From contig NW_024705540.1 of assembly GCF_018977255.1 (NCBI RefSeq), positions 1-35,731 on the forward strand: a DNA stretch of 35,731 bases, in the 5' to 3' direction. Each line of letters opens with the position of its first letter. Positions within the stretch are counted from its first letter, which is position 1. The stretch comes from Callorhinchus milii. Its lineage: Eukaryota. Under the pieces are notes generated by a model. It searched no databases, was not told where the DNA came from, and saw only the letters and a list, made by a program, of their open reading frames with translations. Made by a program: the position numbers and the translations under genes. Below are positions 10,626 through 21,935 of the stretch, piece after piece.

Positions 10626-11073
10626 CTGTAAGAGAAACAAAACAGGCAAATATGTTAGAAGCTGACCTGTGGAATAATATTCTGACGAGTCTGTTAGTAT
10701 CAACACCAATTAAGCAATCATGAAGTGAAATTAACGGTGTTGTTTATAATAGAATGAAACCATTAAAAAAAGGTACACCAGGCTTCTTCAGTGACAAGTT
10801 GAAACAGGTTGGTATGAGGTCAGCAGGACGCCGTCATAAGGATGAGTACGGTCGAACGTTTACGTAGAAACCACGTTCAAAGTATTATCCTTTGTGTTTC
10901 CATTCTCCTGTGTTTAATGGAGAGAGCTTTCTGCAGCCCATTTCTGAAGGCTAGGATCATTAGGTGGATCTGTGTTGAACAGGGGAAACTACCCTGCCAG
11001 TGGGAGGGTAGGGCTTCGTCCAATACTGGCCTGTTGATGAACGCGTTGTCAGGTTAAAGTCTGATATTTTTGT

Positions 11074-11407
11074 TAATAATAATAATGATGATAATAATCC
11101 TTGCATTTGATATAGCGCTTTTCACGTCGGGTGGACGTCCCAAAGCGCTTCGCAGAATACACTGTAAAGTGAACTGACTGTATATTTGTGGGCGAACGCG
11201 GCGGCCAATTGCGCACAGCAATGTCCCACAAACAGTCGTAAATTCAAAATGACCAATTTAGGATTGTTTTTGGTTTTGGAGGGATTATTATTAGGCTCTG
11301 TGTGGAGTAAGGAAACTTGCCCAAGGTTTCGCCCTCTGCCTGGAATTGAACTCAGGTTTCTCACTTACAAAGCGAGTGCTCTAACCACTGAGCTACAGGT
11401 CTCCACA
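11074..11407 (-). mobile_element. Near full-length tRNA-derived SINE with DeuSINE/L2-type tail (resembles elephant shark SINE2-1_CM type)
   Basis: Minus strand reads tgtggagacctgtagctcagtggttagagcactcgctttgtaagtgagaaacctgagttcaattccaggc (A and B boxes) ... gtgaaaagcgctatatcaaatgcaagg(att)n. Family name is from recall. Confidence 0.9.
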
Positions 11408-11689
11408 AAACGCCAAAAAACACTCACAAAGGGCCCCAGGTTAAATGCTTCCTGTTAACAACAACAAGAACTTGTGTTGACAGAGCACCACTCACACATA
11501 TCAATGCTTAATAATAGCGCAGCTCAACTCCGAGCCGGTATGGAGGGCAAGAGGTCAAAGTAGGCACAGTGGAAATTATTGTAGGGTCAATGCGCAATAA
11601 GAGGTGAAGTGTATTTAGGAATTTTGGGCACTGATTGGCTGCGTAGTGGGAAACGTGTTCGCCAATGGTGGAACAGCGGTCATGCAGAA

Positions 11690-13083
11690 GGCCTAATAAC
11701 TACAGGTCAGTCAGCCTAACATCAGTAGTGGGTAAACTCCTGGAGACTATAATCCGGGATAGATTATATCTTCACTTAGAAGAATATGGGTTAATTAGGG
11801 ACAGCCAACATGTATTTTTCAAAGGCAAATCTTGCCTATCAAATCTAATAGAATTTTTCGATGAGCTAACGGAAAGGTTGCTGCTGATGTAGTTTATGTG
11901 GACTTTCAAACGGCATTTGACAAAGTGCACGTGAGAGATTTGAAAGAAAGATAGAAGTCCATGGTATAAAAGGGACAGTGGCAGCATGTATGCAGAACTG
12001 GATGGGAGGCAGAAAGCAGAGTGATGTGGTGAAAGGCTGCATTTATGTCTGGAAGAAATAGTTCAGTTGCGTCCCCCAGGAATTGGTGTGAAGACCACTG
12101 CTTTTCTTGATATATTTATATGATCTGGACTTGCGTACAGCAAGCACCACCTCCGAGTTTGCTCACGACGCAAAGTTCGGTACGGTAGGAAACAGTGAGA
12201 AGGATAGGAGCCAACTGCAGGAAGATTTAGACAGAATGGTAAAATGGGCAGACACTTGGCAGAGATTCAATATGGAGAAATGCGAGGTAATGCATTTTGG
12301 TGGAAAGAATCAGGGGATGCAATATAGTCTGGGTAATTGGGGAAAAGAACAGTGAGAATTAGGGATGCAGGTAAATGAATCTTTGAAGGTGGCAAGACAG
12401 GTGGCAAGAGATGTAGCTGTAAAAAGGGCATATGGTATAATAGGCTTTATAACTAGGGCCAAAGAGTGCAAGATTTAGGAGGTTATGATTAACGTATAAA
12501 AAACACTGGTTAGGCCTCAGTTAGAATACTACGCCCAGTTCTGGGCACCAAACTATAAGAAGGATGTTAAGACATTGGAAAGTGTGCACAGGAGATTTAC
12601 AAGAATGGCACCAGGAATGAGGGACCTTGATTATGAGGAGAGGTTAGTGAGGCTGGGATTATTCTCAATGGGGCAGAGAAAATTACGAGGTAGACCTAAT
12701 AGAGGTCTTCAAAATCATGAGGGTATTTGATAGGTTAGAAAACGAACAACTGTTTCCACTGGTGTTTCTGTCGGTGAGTCGATGTCACAGATTCAAAATA
12801 GTCTCGAAAAGAAGCAGAGGGGAGGCGAAAATTATTTTTTTTCACGCAGCGAGTTTTTGGAACCTGGAAAGCGTTGCCTAAAAGGGTGGTCGAGGCCTAT
12901 TCGATGACTACTTTTAAAAACGCGGTGGACATTAATTGACGAAAACCGATTTGCAGCGTAATGGGGAAAGGGCTGGGAAGTGGAATTTACATTTATTGTT
13001 CTATTCAAAGAGCCGGCACACACGAGATAGCCCGATTGGCCGGTTTTTGGGTTCTACCATTCTATGATTCTATGATTCTATGA
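11690..13083 (+). mobile_element. 5'-truncated CR1 LINE (degenerate RT plus 3' end)
   Basis: NYRSVSLTSVVGKLLETII, KGKSCLSNLIEFFDE, SEFAHDAKFG, KCEVMHFG, LVRPQLEY..QFWAP, terminal (ATTCTATG)x3. Confidence 0.93.
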
Positions 13084-13144
13084 AATAGCCTCTGACAAGA
13101 TTTTCACATTTTCCTGGGCTGCAGTGGAGCATCACGCAATTTGT

Positions 13145-14740
13145 CCCTGTCAGGCTATGACAGAAAACTGACTTGGTTGCAATGTATTTCCTTTTCCAGT
13201 GGTTTAAAAAGTTACTGCAAGTTGGAGACTGGCTTCTCTGTCTGATTTAAATCTAATATTTTCAACCTGACAAGGTAGCCAATTTACTCTCCAAGGACAT
13301 ATCATTTGATTCATCAAACAAACAAAAAGGACTGAAGAACCACAGTTAAAAATAGTGAACAAACCAACCCACAACTCTGAAAGCGGAAAACAACCACGAC
13401 CTGAAGAAACCAGGGTGTAATGTCACAAACAGGAGAGACTACCAAAGCAAGATATGTTTAATTGCTACTGAGAATTTTAAATGCATATTGAAAACTAAGC
13501 TTCATTTTAGGCGTAATACTCATCCGGTTTCGACAAGATGCCAAGAACAATCAATGTTTTGCTGGGAAAATTCAGAAAGGAGGTGTCGACTCCACAGATA
13601 CATACCCCCCCATCAGTGTCCCTGAGCCCATTGATGTCCCCCATGAAGCGGAGACTGCTAACTGTGACAGAAACAAACATAATCGCGGTCAATTGTCAAT
13701 CAGGCAATGAGATGTGAGAGCACCTAAGACTGTACAGTAGCCAAACTCAATAACGTCAAGTGTAGTTACTGTTCTTATCGGTTACTGCTGTGGCTATGCA
13801 CCTGACAAAGGTATCTCCTTCTTACCTTCGCTGGAGCAGACCACACCACAATACCATCATCAGCAACTTGCACCTGTATAGCTCCCTCAACGCTTGGTAG
13901 TGTATTAGATCGCTTTGCGCAGCAGTACTGGACTGACGCTGAATTTACTTTGGATGAATTTATTATTCCCTCAGGTAACTTTGCCCTCGGATTTCTGATT
14001 GCTCGAATCGTTATTGCAGAATTCCCATCTGAGGAGATTGGTCGGTCACACAGCGGCAGCAGATCCCAGATACGGAACTCATTTCAGTTAATAGTCGCTA
14101 GTTTCAGTTCTGGATTTTCCTAGCGAAGAGGTCACTGAATTTCCAGGGTGCCCGTGCCAGAATATCTCGGATTATAGGGTACGGATGGAGCGTTAATTCA
14201 TTCACCAAACAAAAAAAAATGGTTGCTCAATCCACGACTGTGGGACATGGGACATTGCTGTGTGCAATTGGCTGCCGCGTTTCACACACAAAATATTTTT
14301 TAAGCTCTTTCAGATGTCTCAAAGGTGTGATCAGCCGCTGTATCAAGGACAAGAATTATTATATTATTGTACTGTACAACAGCAAACGCAACTTGCATTC
14401 TTATGATTCCTAAAGGATAATAAGTTATATTGTTTCCCAATGAAGGGCCCAAAGAGAAGCATGGGAGAGGTACAAGAGGACATGACCATAATTGATATGG
14501 AATAGTGTCCTGAATGCGGGTTGTACATGCAGATAGATAAGAGCGTAAGTAACTGGGGATGGAGGGGGAGTCGGTTGTAGAAATTAGATGGACAGTAGTT
14601 GAGGTCGCCACCACTGACCGTATTGCCCCTTACATATATTCATACATTTCATATATTAATATAATAATATTGCCCTTTTCATATCTGAAAGGCATCACAA
14701 ATCGTTGCATAATATTTCCTGCGAAATGTGGTGTCTCAGT
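13145..14740. repeat. Older duplication, copy 1 (copy 2 at about 17160-18610)
   Basis: Shared blocks in the same order: aaggactgaagaaccacagttaaa (13327/17407), SINE tail plus L2 relic (14300-14620/17830-18150), cttttcatatctgaaaggcat (14675/18550). Confidence 0.8.
14235..14370 (+). mobile_element. Degenerate SINE 3' part
   Basis: gggacattgctgtgtgcaattggctgccgcgtttc...gctgtatcaaggacaagaattatt. Confidence 0.7.
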
Positions 14741-15179
14741 CTGTTGAAGACAAAATTCCAATCGCTTGCAGGCATGAGGATGATTCATTGCCATTGGTAT
14801 CTGCGTTGGAGACTCCTAAGCACAATGATGGGTTTCTGCATCCGTCAGGCACAACGCAAAGTGTCATCAGTGAAATTATATATTGTTTCAGCTTTTTTTA
14901 ATATAATTTCAATTTTTATATAAGAACTACCTTTGCCATGGGTCTGTATAAAACTCAGTCACGTAGAATAGAAAGAGAGAAGGGCCAGCTTGTGACTCTG
15001 GTTTCAGTCTATGCTTTATTTAATTTCTTGCATTTACAAAACTTCTTTCCCTGAATGAGCCCCTCCAATCCAATCTTTACCTTAATTCCCAGCACCGACT
15101 GCCCGGGTCCGAGTTATCAGTAACATCTATCGGTGACCAGGACTCTTCCAGCTCCTTGTACTCAGAATCAATTTGCTTT

Positions 15180-15560
15180 CTTCCTCGCTTATCCACACTA
15201 TTCTTCTCTCAACTCTCTGTTCCACCTTCAAGATTCTGTCCTATCCTCGTTTCCCGGTTACCTATTCCAGCATTACTTTTTGGGCAACTCAAATGGCTTG
15301 TTTTGCTGTTTCCAAATGTACACAAGCGGTACTCTTTAGAGATTCATCCTCGGGCCTTTTCTCTGCACTGTCCAAAAATTCCCACTGAGGAATATAATTC
15401 ACAGATATGAGGTTAACCTCCCCACGCTGCTGACACACAACTGCCTCCGTCAGCTGCAACCACTGCTGTTCTGACTGACAGATTATCTGCCTTTAGAGTG
15501 TGCAAGATCTGGCAGCTTCTTCACACGAATGTTGACCATGCAGAGATTATTGTTTTACAA
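15180..15560 (+). mobile_element. Highly degenerate L2 RT fragment
   Basis: cccactgaggaatataattcacagatatgaggttaacctc...gctgctgacacacaact resembles the PLG.II..HG..FH.YADDTQL region. Confidence 0.45.
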
Positions 15561-15578
15561 TTGGTTTTACTTGTGGCT

Positions 15579-16340
15579 ATAACAGAGCTGACCTCTATAT
15601 AACTTGCCTGGTCCCTGTAAATCAGGTCAGCTGTCTGCAAAATAGGCCTAGTCTCTGTACAACAGGGCCTGATTTCTGTACAACAGGCTTGGTCTCTGTA
15701 TAACAGGATTGGTTTCTGTTCAACAGGCCTGATTACTGCAATAGAGGCCTTATCTTAGTTTAACAAGCATGTTCTCTGTATAACAGGCCTGGTCTTTGTA
15801 TAACAGGCTTTGGTCCATGTAAGGTAACTTGTATCTCTATAACAGGCCAGTTCTCTTTATTATAGGCCTGATTGCTGTGTAACGGATTGGATCTGTGTAC
15901 CAAAGGCCTGGTCTCTGTATCACAGGCGTGTCCTCTGCATAGCAGGTCTGGCCATTGTACAGCAGGCCTGGTCTCTGGAAAGCAGGCATGGTTTCTGTAT
16001 AACAAGCCTGGTTTCTGTATGACAGGCCTGTTGACTGCACAAAAGGCCTGGTTTCTGTATAACAGCCCTAGACTATGTGTAACAGGCCTGTTTATGTACA
16101 AAAGGCATAATCACTTAAAACAGGTGCTTTGCTCCTTATCATATTCCTGGTCTCTGAAGAAAAGCCTGGTCTCTGCATATCAAGCTTGATCTCTTCATAA
16201 CAGGCCTCACCTCTTTACAACCTTTCTGGTCTCTGTCCAACAGGCCTTATCTCCATTCAACAAGCATGGTCTCTGTATAACAGGGCTGGTCTCCTTATAA
16301 CCTGTCCGGTCTCTGTTTAACAGGTCTGGTCTAGCTGTAA
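15579..16340. repeat. 20-bp minisatellite, consensus TAACAGGCCTGGTCTCTGTA, roughly 38 diverged units
   Basis: Strict 20-nt register visible across many lines (e.g. 15681-15810, 15962-16090). Confidence 0.93.
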
Positions 16341-16490
16341 TAACAATAATCGCTGCGCTTGATACAATGCATTATCATCTCTTCGAGACATCTCAAACAG
16401 CTTCACAGTATATACTGTAAAATGAATTGATTGCATATTACATGGGGAAAATGCGACACCCAATTGGAAAAAGCATTGTCCCACAAACAT
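16338..16490 (-). mobile_element. Degenerate SINE 3' part
   Basis: gcttcacagtatatactgtaaaatgaattgattgcatatt...cccaattgg...cattgtcccacaaac, reverse of the SINE body. Confidence 0.6.
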
Positions 16491-16804
16491 ATGTGCATTG
16501 TGTGACCACACCATTGTTTTTTAAAAAAGAATTTTTGAAGATGTATTTCGCCCCAAACACCAGCAAAACACAGAGACTTTTCAGATGCACACATAAACAC
16601 ATATGTGTCACACACACATGGAGGTATTATCAACTACATCCTCACTTAGAGTTAATCAGAGAAGAAAATGGATTATCGGATTCCCATTTTTNCTTCAGAA
16701 GCATAGACTCACCGAAAAATTGGTCATTTTCATTCTGGGACGCTAACCTGTGTGAGTGGTTCTGAAACGTATTCTTTGTATAATAGTCATAAACCTGGCG
16801 ATTG

Positions 16805-17019
16805 TAATAATAATAATAGTAATCCCTTCAAAACCCCAAACAATAATAAATTAGACATTTTCAATCTACGACTGTTCGTGAGACATTGCTGTGAGCCATT
16901 CGCTGCCGCATACGCCCACAAATATACAGTCAATTCAGTTTACAGTGTGTTCTGTAAAGCGCTTTGGGACGTCCCCCCTACGTGAAAAGCGCGAAATCGA
17001 ATGCAAGGATTATTATTAT
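16805..17019 (+). mobile_element. 5'-truncated SINE
   Basis: ttttcaatctacgactgttcgtgagacattgctgtg...gctttgggacgtcc...gtgaaaagcgcg...tgcaagg(att)n. Confidence 0.85.
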
Positions 17020-17159
17020 ATTGGTTTCCTTGTATATCAGATATGCGACTGACCAAACAAAATATTTTTCACGAGTGGAAAACGATTGTAAATAAAATGG
17101 ATTTTTTGTTGTTCTTTATATATTTTTGGGTTGATAATACGGATTAAATAATTGACAAA

Positions 17160-18610
17160 TAAGCTCTGACCGAGAAGTGCTGACAACAAGGTGACATTTT
17201 CCTTTGCTGCAGTCCAGCAACGTCATTGTTTGTTCCTGTCAGCCGAGAACAGAAAGGTTGGATGAGTTGATCCTCCAATGGTTTGAATAGGTATTGCCGG
17301 CTGGAGACAGGCTTCCTTATGTGATGCAAAGATAATATTTAAAAAGTGACAAGACAGCCAGCTTCCTCACCAAGGATATATCTGTTGACTCATCAAACAA
17401 AAAGAAAGGACTGAAGAACCACAGTTAAACATAACAGAAAAACATATCTGCGAATCGCAAAAACAACCACGACCCAAACAGACCAGGATGCAACGTTATT
17501 AACAGAGGTACCACAAATGCGAAACATGTTCAATTGCTACTCAGAAATTTAAACCTATATTCAGAATTAAGCGTCATTTTAGCCAGAAATTTCAACCAGT
17601 TACAACAAGCTGTCAAGTACAATTAATACATTGCGGGGAAAATTCAGAGTGGAGGTGTCGTGTCCCCAGATCGCTGCCCATCCAGCAATGACCCCCATGA
17701 ATCGGAGACTGTTAACAGTGACAGTGACAAGCCTAATCGCTGGTCAATTTTCAAGTCAGGCAATGGGATGCGAGAGACCCAACGAATGTGTTGTAGACAT
17801 ACTCATTAGGATCAGTCGTAGTCTATCCTGTGAAGCTCTTTATTATGTCTCATAGATGTGATCAGGCGCTATATCAAATGCAAGGTTTACTTTATTATTA
17901 CATTACACAAAAACAACTGTTACTTGCATCTTTATAGATGTTAAATAGGATAATATTTAGCATCGTTTTCCACACTGAAAGCAAAGATGAGCAGCGGAGA
18001 GAGAATGGAAGACATGATCATACGTGAGATTGAATAGGAAGCCTTAATGTGGTTTGCACATACATAGAGGGATAAGCTAAGTACAGTTTTATGGAGAGGG
18101 GGAGTTGCAGAAGTTAAATGGATAATATTTGTAGTCTCCACCGCTGATCGTAGTGTGGAGAAGATGATGGATACAATGTCAGATGATGGGCATCAAAGAT
18201 TGTTTGTGATGTTTGACCCAGTCCCGTTTGTCGGTTCAGGTGAAGTTTGGAGATTCCAGGGCGATATTCGAAACCAGCACTGAATTACTCCAGGTGTCCT
18301 GCACAACAATCCCTCTAGCTCCTTGCATGATGTGTTACAGGTCATTTGGTGAGGGTCACTTTCGTTTTCATGAAAGCATGATCTGAGTTGGAGAATCCTT
18401 GTTCCCAGAGACGGCTGTTACCCTCGAAAATGCTGCTGTCAAATTACGCTGGCTGGTCTGACATTAATATTCCGTGGTCTTCATCCTCTCAGGAAGTAAA
18501 GCGGGCAAGTGAATGCTTATTAAAAGACAACCGGGTGTTCAGTATTGCACTTTTCATATCTGAAAGGCATAACGAACCAATGCATAACATTTGCTGTAAA
18601 CTGTGGTAAC
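17160..18610. repeat. Older duplication, copy 2 (runs into the assembly gap)
   Basis: See 13145-14740. Confidence 0.8.
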
Positions 18611-18613
18611 TGA

Positions 18614-18643
18614 NNNNNNNNNNNNNNNNNNNNNNNNNNNNNN
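18614..18643. other. Assembly gap (30 N); one further ambiguous base at 16692
   Basis: Run of n in the sequence. Confidence 1.
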
Positions 18644-19040
18644 TGTGCAAGCTCATTCTTCTATATATCTCTTCGATGTTTTCAGAGCCGCTGGCTTCGA
18701 GGCAAAGCCACCATCAAACAGTCTACATCCTAGTGTTACTGTGATCGTGTACGCACCAGTTTGTTTACGTGGATCCCTGATTAAATTCAGAGATACTTTA
18801 AAAATCTTTTTTTTCCATTTATTCTAATTGCTGAACTATTTCATTGCCAAACTTTGCCCTAACGATTCCTTTTGGGTGAATAGAAATTCATGAAATATTG
18901 ACCATCCAACTTGCCAGGACAAGGTCTCTCTTCAATGACGGTCCAACTTAACAGAACAGTCAGAGAAACAGTAAAGCGCCCTCTACACTATAAGATTTCG
19001 GTAATTTCCCCACTGTAACTTTGCAGCTGCTTATGCGAAT

Positions 19041-19132
19041 TGTTCGTTGTTGCTGGGTGGCGGTTCTCGATTTGGGAGTTGACAAATGACTAAAAATATC
19101 AGAGGTTTCATGTTGAAATCCTGGGTGAACGA
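19041..19132 (+). pseudogene. Degenerate tRNA-Pro(TGG) relic, duplicate of 6880-6969
   Basis: Ungapped manual match to tRNA-Pro-TGG of 24/36 nt (5' half, 19041-19076) and 22/36 nt (3' half, 19097-19132), separated by a 20-nt insert. Confidence 0.6.
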
Positions 19133-20412
19133 GCATTTTATTCGCTTATTCTCCAAATTTTAATGCAACCGTATTTTCAAAATAATACATTGTTAGGTGT
19201 GCTTGAGGAGGCTGGTGCTAATTGAGGTAATGGTTATTCAATCTGTTTGGAAAACACTCTAATTCCCGAGACAATATCATGGTCCCCATAATTCCGAAGC
19301 CCGTGTCCTTTCCCACACAAAATACCAGAGCCTATCATCTTCGCTGGGTTCCTTTGCCTCCCCATCTGATACAGTTCTGGGTCCCCGTCTTATCTTTAAA
19401 TGGTCGCAGTCAAAATCTACTCCAACTCTTCGAACCCTATGGACTGGGCCACTCACTTGCCTCTGGAGGCACAGACTTGCTTCATTTCCCAGCTTTATCC
19501 AGCCCGACATCAGCGGGGGAGATTTAAATCTTTCTGCAGCTTCATTCCACTGACCATCTGTCTCAATCTCTTCCTCCCCATGTCCACGATCAGACTCAAA
19601 ACCTCACATTGGACATTTGGTAACCATACCCTTCCCAGAATGCTTCAAATCCTTCCCCTAAAACAAACGCCCAGCCAGTAATATATATATTAATCAGAAT
19701 ATTATCTCTTGCATTCGAGCTATCACCTTTTCCCGTCTTCGAGCCGTCTCAAAGGACTTCACAGCATATTCGAAAATGAATAGAATATGTATTTTGTGGG
19801 CGAAAAACTGCAGATTATGGCGCATAGCATTTACCCACAAACATTCGTGGATTGAGTTACCATTTTATTATTAATATTTTGTTTGAAGGAATATTAACCC
19901 CGTAAACGCATTACACCAATCGACTAGCCACCGGATGCAAACAGAGGCGAATCGAGCAAGGAAACTCACCCTCTGTTTTGTGCTGACGGAAATCGATCCC
20001 AGGTCTTTCACCAGCTGTCGTACTCAGCCTCACTATTTCCTCACAAACCTAGTCCATGGCCTTCCTATTGAATAGACACTTCCCCTTCCCACTCCCAGCT
20101 CGGAGTCGAGCTCCATCACTGTCAAGCTATCTGTGGCGCTACGTTGCGTGAGGTGCTCTTTGCAAATGCAAGATATTGGTGTTGTTAAGTTGTTGTTTTT
20201 GAAAACATATCTTTTCTAAAAGAAAATAAAGAACGCGCTTCATTAATTCTAGTCGAGCAACAGGGAGGCGGACATCGTAACACATAATTTCCTCGACTAT
20301 TGTCAAAAGGAGTTTCATCGCTACATACAGCAGCACATGTTTTATATCTGTGACCGCTGTTCAGGGAACTGTACCTGTGTTGGCAAATTTTCAAGTATTT
20401 TAACCATCTCTT

Positions 20413-20703
20413 TGTGGAGTCCTGCAGCTCAGTGGTTAGAGCACTAGCTTTGCAAGCGAGAGACCTGTTTGTGGGACATTGCTCTGCGCATTTGGCTGCC
20501 GCGTTCGCCCACAAATATACAGTCAATTCACTATAGCGTATATTCTGTGAAGCGCTTTTGGACGTCAAGAAGACGTGAAAAGCGCTGTATCAAACGCAAG
20601 GATTATTATTATTATTATCACTTTATTATTGTGAAGTACATTGGGACGTCAAGAAGACGTGATAAGCGCTATATCAAATGCTAGGATAATGATTATTATT
20701 ATT
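20413..20703 (+). mobile_element. Internally deleted, double-tailed SINE (duplicate of 8242-8540)
   Basis: Same deletion junction gcgagagacc|tgtttgtggg and same double tail. Confidence 0.88.
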
Positions 20704-21935
20704 AAAATTTCAGTGTCCAACAAAGCCCATGCCATGCATTGATTTCCTTTCCGATCAAGTGAGTAAAAACAATAAAGGGGCAGAAACTCTTTAGGATGAC
20801 TGAATCCGCGGAAACTGAGGCAACTGCGACGTGAGTTTGATTGACCTGAGATGCGCGACCTCATCCCTCTGTAGAAATCTCTGTGCGGCGAGAAAAGAGT
20901 ATTTAAATCTGTTTATTCAAAACTACCTGTGCCCTTTGGAGCTAAGCTTGAAACCCATGGATCCAGTATGGAAAGTAGATTTCAATAATATGTCTCACAA
21001 ATCAGTTAGACGCATAAACACTGTGTGTACAACTTCAGCAAAACTGCCATACATGTGTGATGCGAGCTTGTTTAGTTCATAGCTCGGACAACCCCAATCA
21101 AACATTCCCATGACACTTCCCCAAAGTAAACCACTCCAATGCTCTATAATTCGTGTGTGAACGTAAATGGGTTATTGTCTTATTGGCGGACAGAGAGACA
21201 GAAAGCCATTTCGTCTTTATTAGCATAGATGTATTTTTCTGGAGGAGAGTGTGATTTTCTCTGTCGCTAGTTTGTTACAGAATACCACGCAAAGCTCAAT
21301 TTTTGCGGCTTAATTTAAAAAAATTTAATATAGCTCATCAACAATCGAAGATCCCTTAATAGAAATATTCCAATAACACACGCCAATGCAAGCCCTTTCT
21401 GACGATGTATCAGTCATGTCTCGACATGAATCGGTTATTGCGGTCTTGGCGGACAGGCAAACCGACAAACATTTTTTCTTTATTATTATAGATAAAAAGA
21501 GGGAGCCCGAAATCAGAGGAAATGATGTCACTGTTATTTTATGCTTTATAGCTTATTTATTTAATAGAAGGAAAAGTGGGTAGAGATTTTCAATGATTAA
21601 TTTAACAGGGTTACAATAGCAGGGTTACAATTGATAATATGATAACAGTATTCTGAAGTATAGCATGTCACTTGAGGCTTAAATAACGAACAAACTTAAA
21701 ATATCTTAGTTCAAGCAATAATTAAAAGTTGATACATTTCTGATCATAACAACGAGGACAGATTTGAAGCGGTGAAGGTGCGGACGTGTACCAGAACCAT
21801 TATTTGACACAACAAATATTTTCATCAACGGCGGTTTCCAGGATAATCCGTGTAACAAATACGATTATAAATGTATGGGTGAAAAGTTTGTTTTTCTGGT
21901 GTAACGTGTGCTACTGTTTGTCTTCTCCCTTTTCA

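Larger units (their letters stand above)
6545..10800. repeat. Segmental duplication copy A (gene 2 exon 2 plus 3' flank)
   Basis: Colinear with 18715-23340 (direct) and 33240-35731 (inverted). The ORF track gives identical or near-identical translations, e.g. 8486..8701 vs 20649..20864. Confidence 0.93.

Noticed and set aside
11340..11407. SINE heads as genuine tRNA genes (also 8242, 20413, 23160-23224)
   Set aside because: They have no closing acceptor stem and are continuous with the SINE body and tail.
14395..14440. ITYYPL (and AKYYPI at about 17945) on the minus strand as the missing gene 2 exon 1
   Set aside because: No following LAAVGIP or phase-1 GT donor. It lies at the edge of an L2/SINE relic in the old duplication.
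15579..16340. CRISPR-like periodic palindromic array, and ORFs 15760..16101 and 15872..16189
   Set aside because: Units are contiguous with no unique spacers, there are no cas genes, and the context is vertebrate. The ORFs are by-products of the repeat.
13145..17780. Direct repeats of about 600 bp as the LTR pair of a retrotransposon
   Set aside because: Homology continues downstream of both copies, there is no gag/pol, PBS or PPT, and no TG..CA ends were seen. A segmental duplication fits better.
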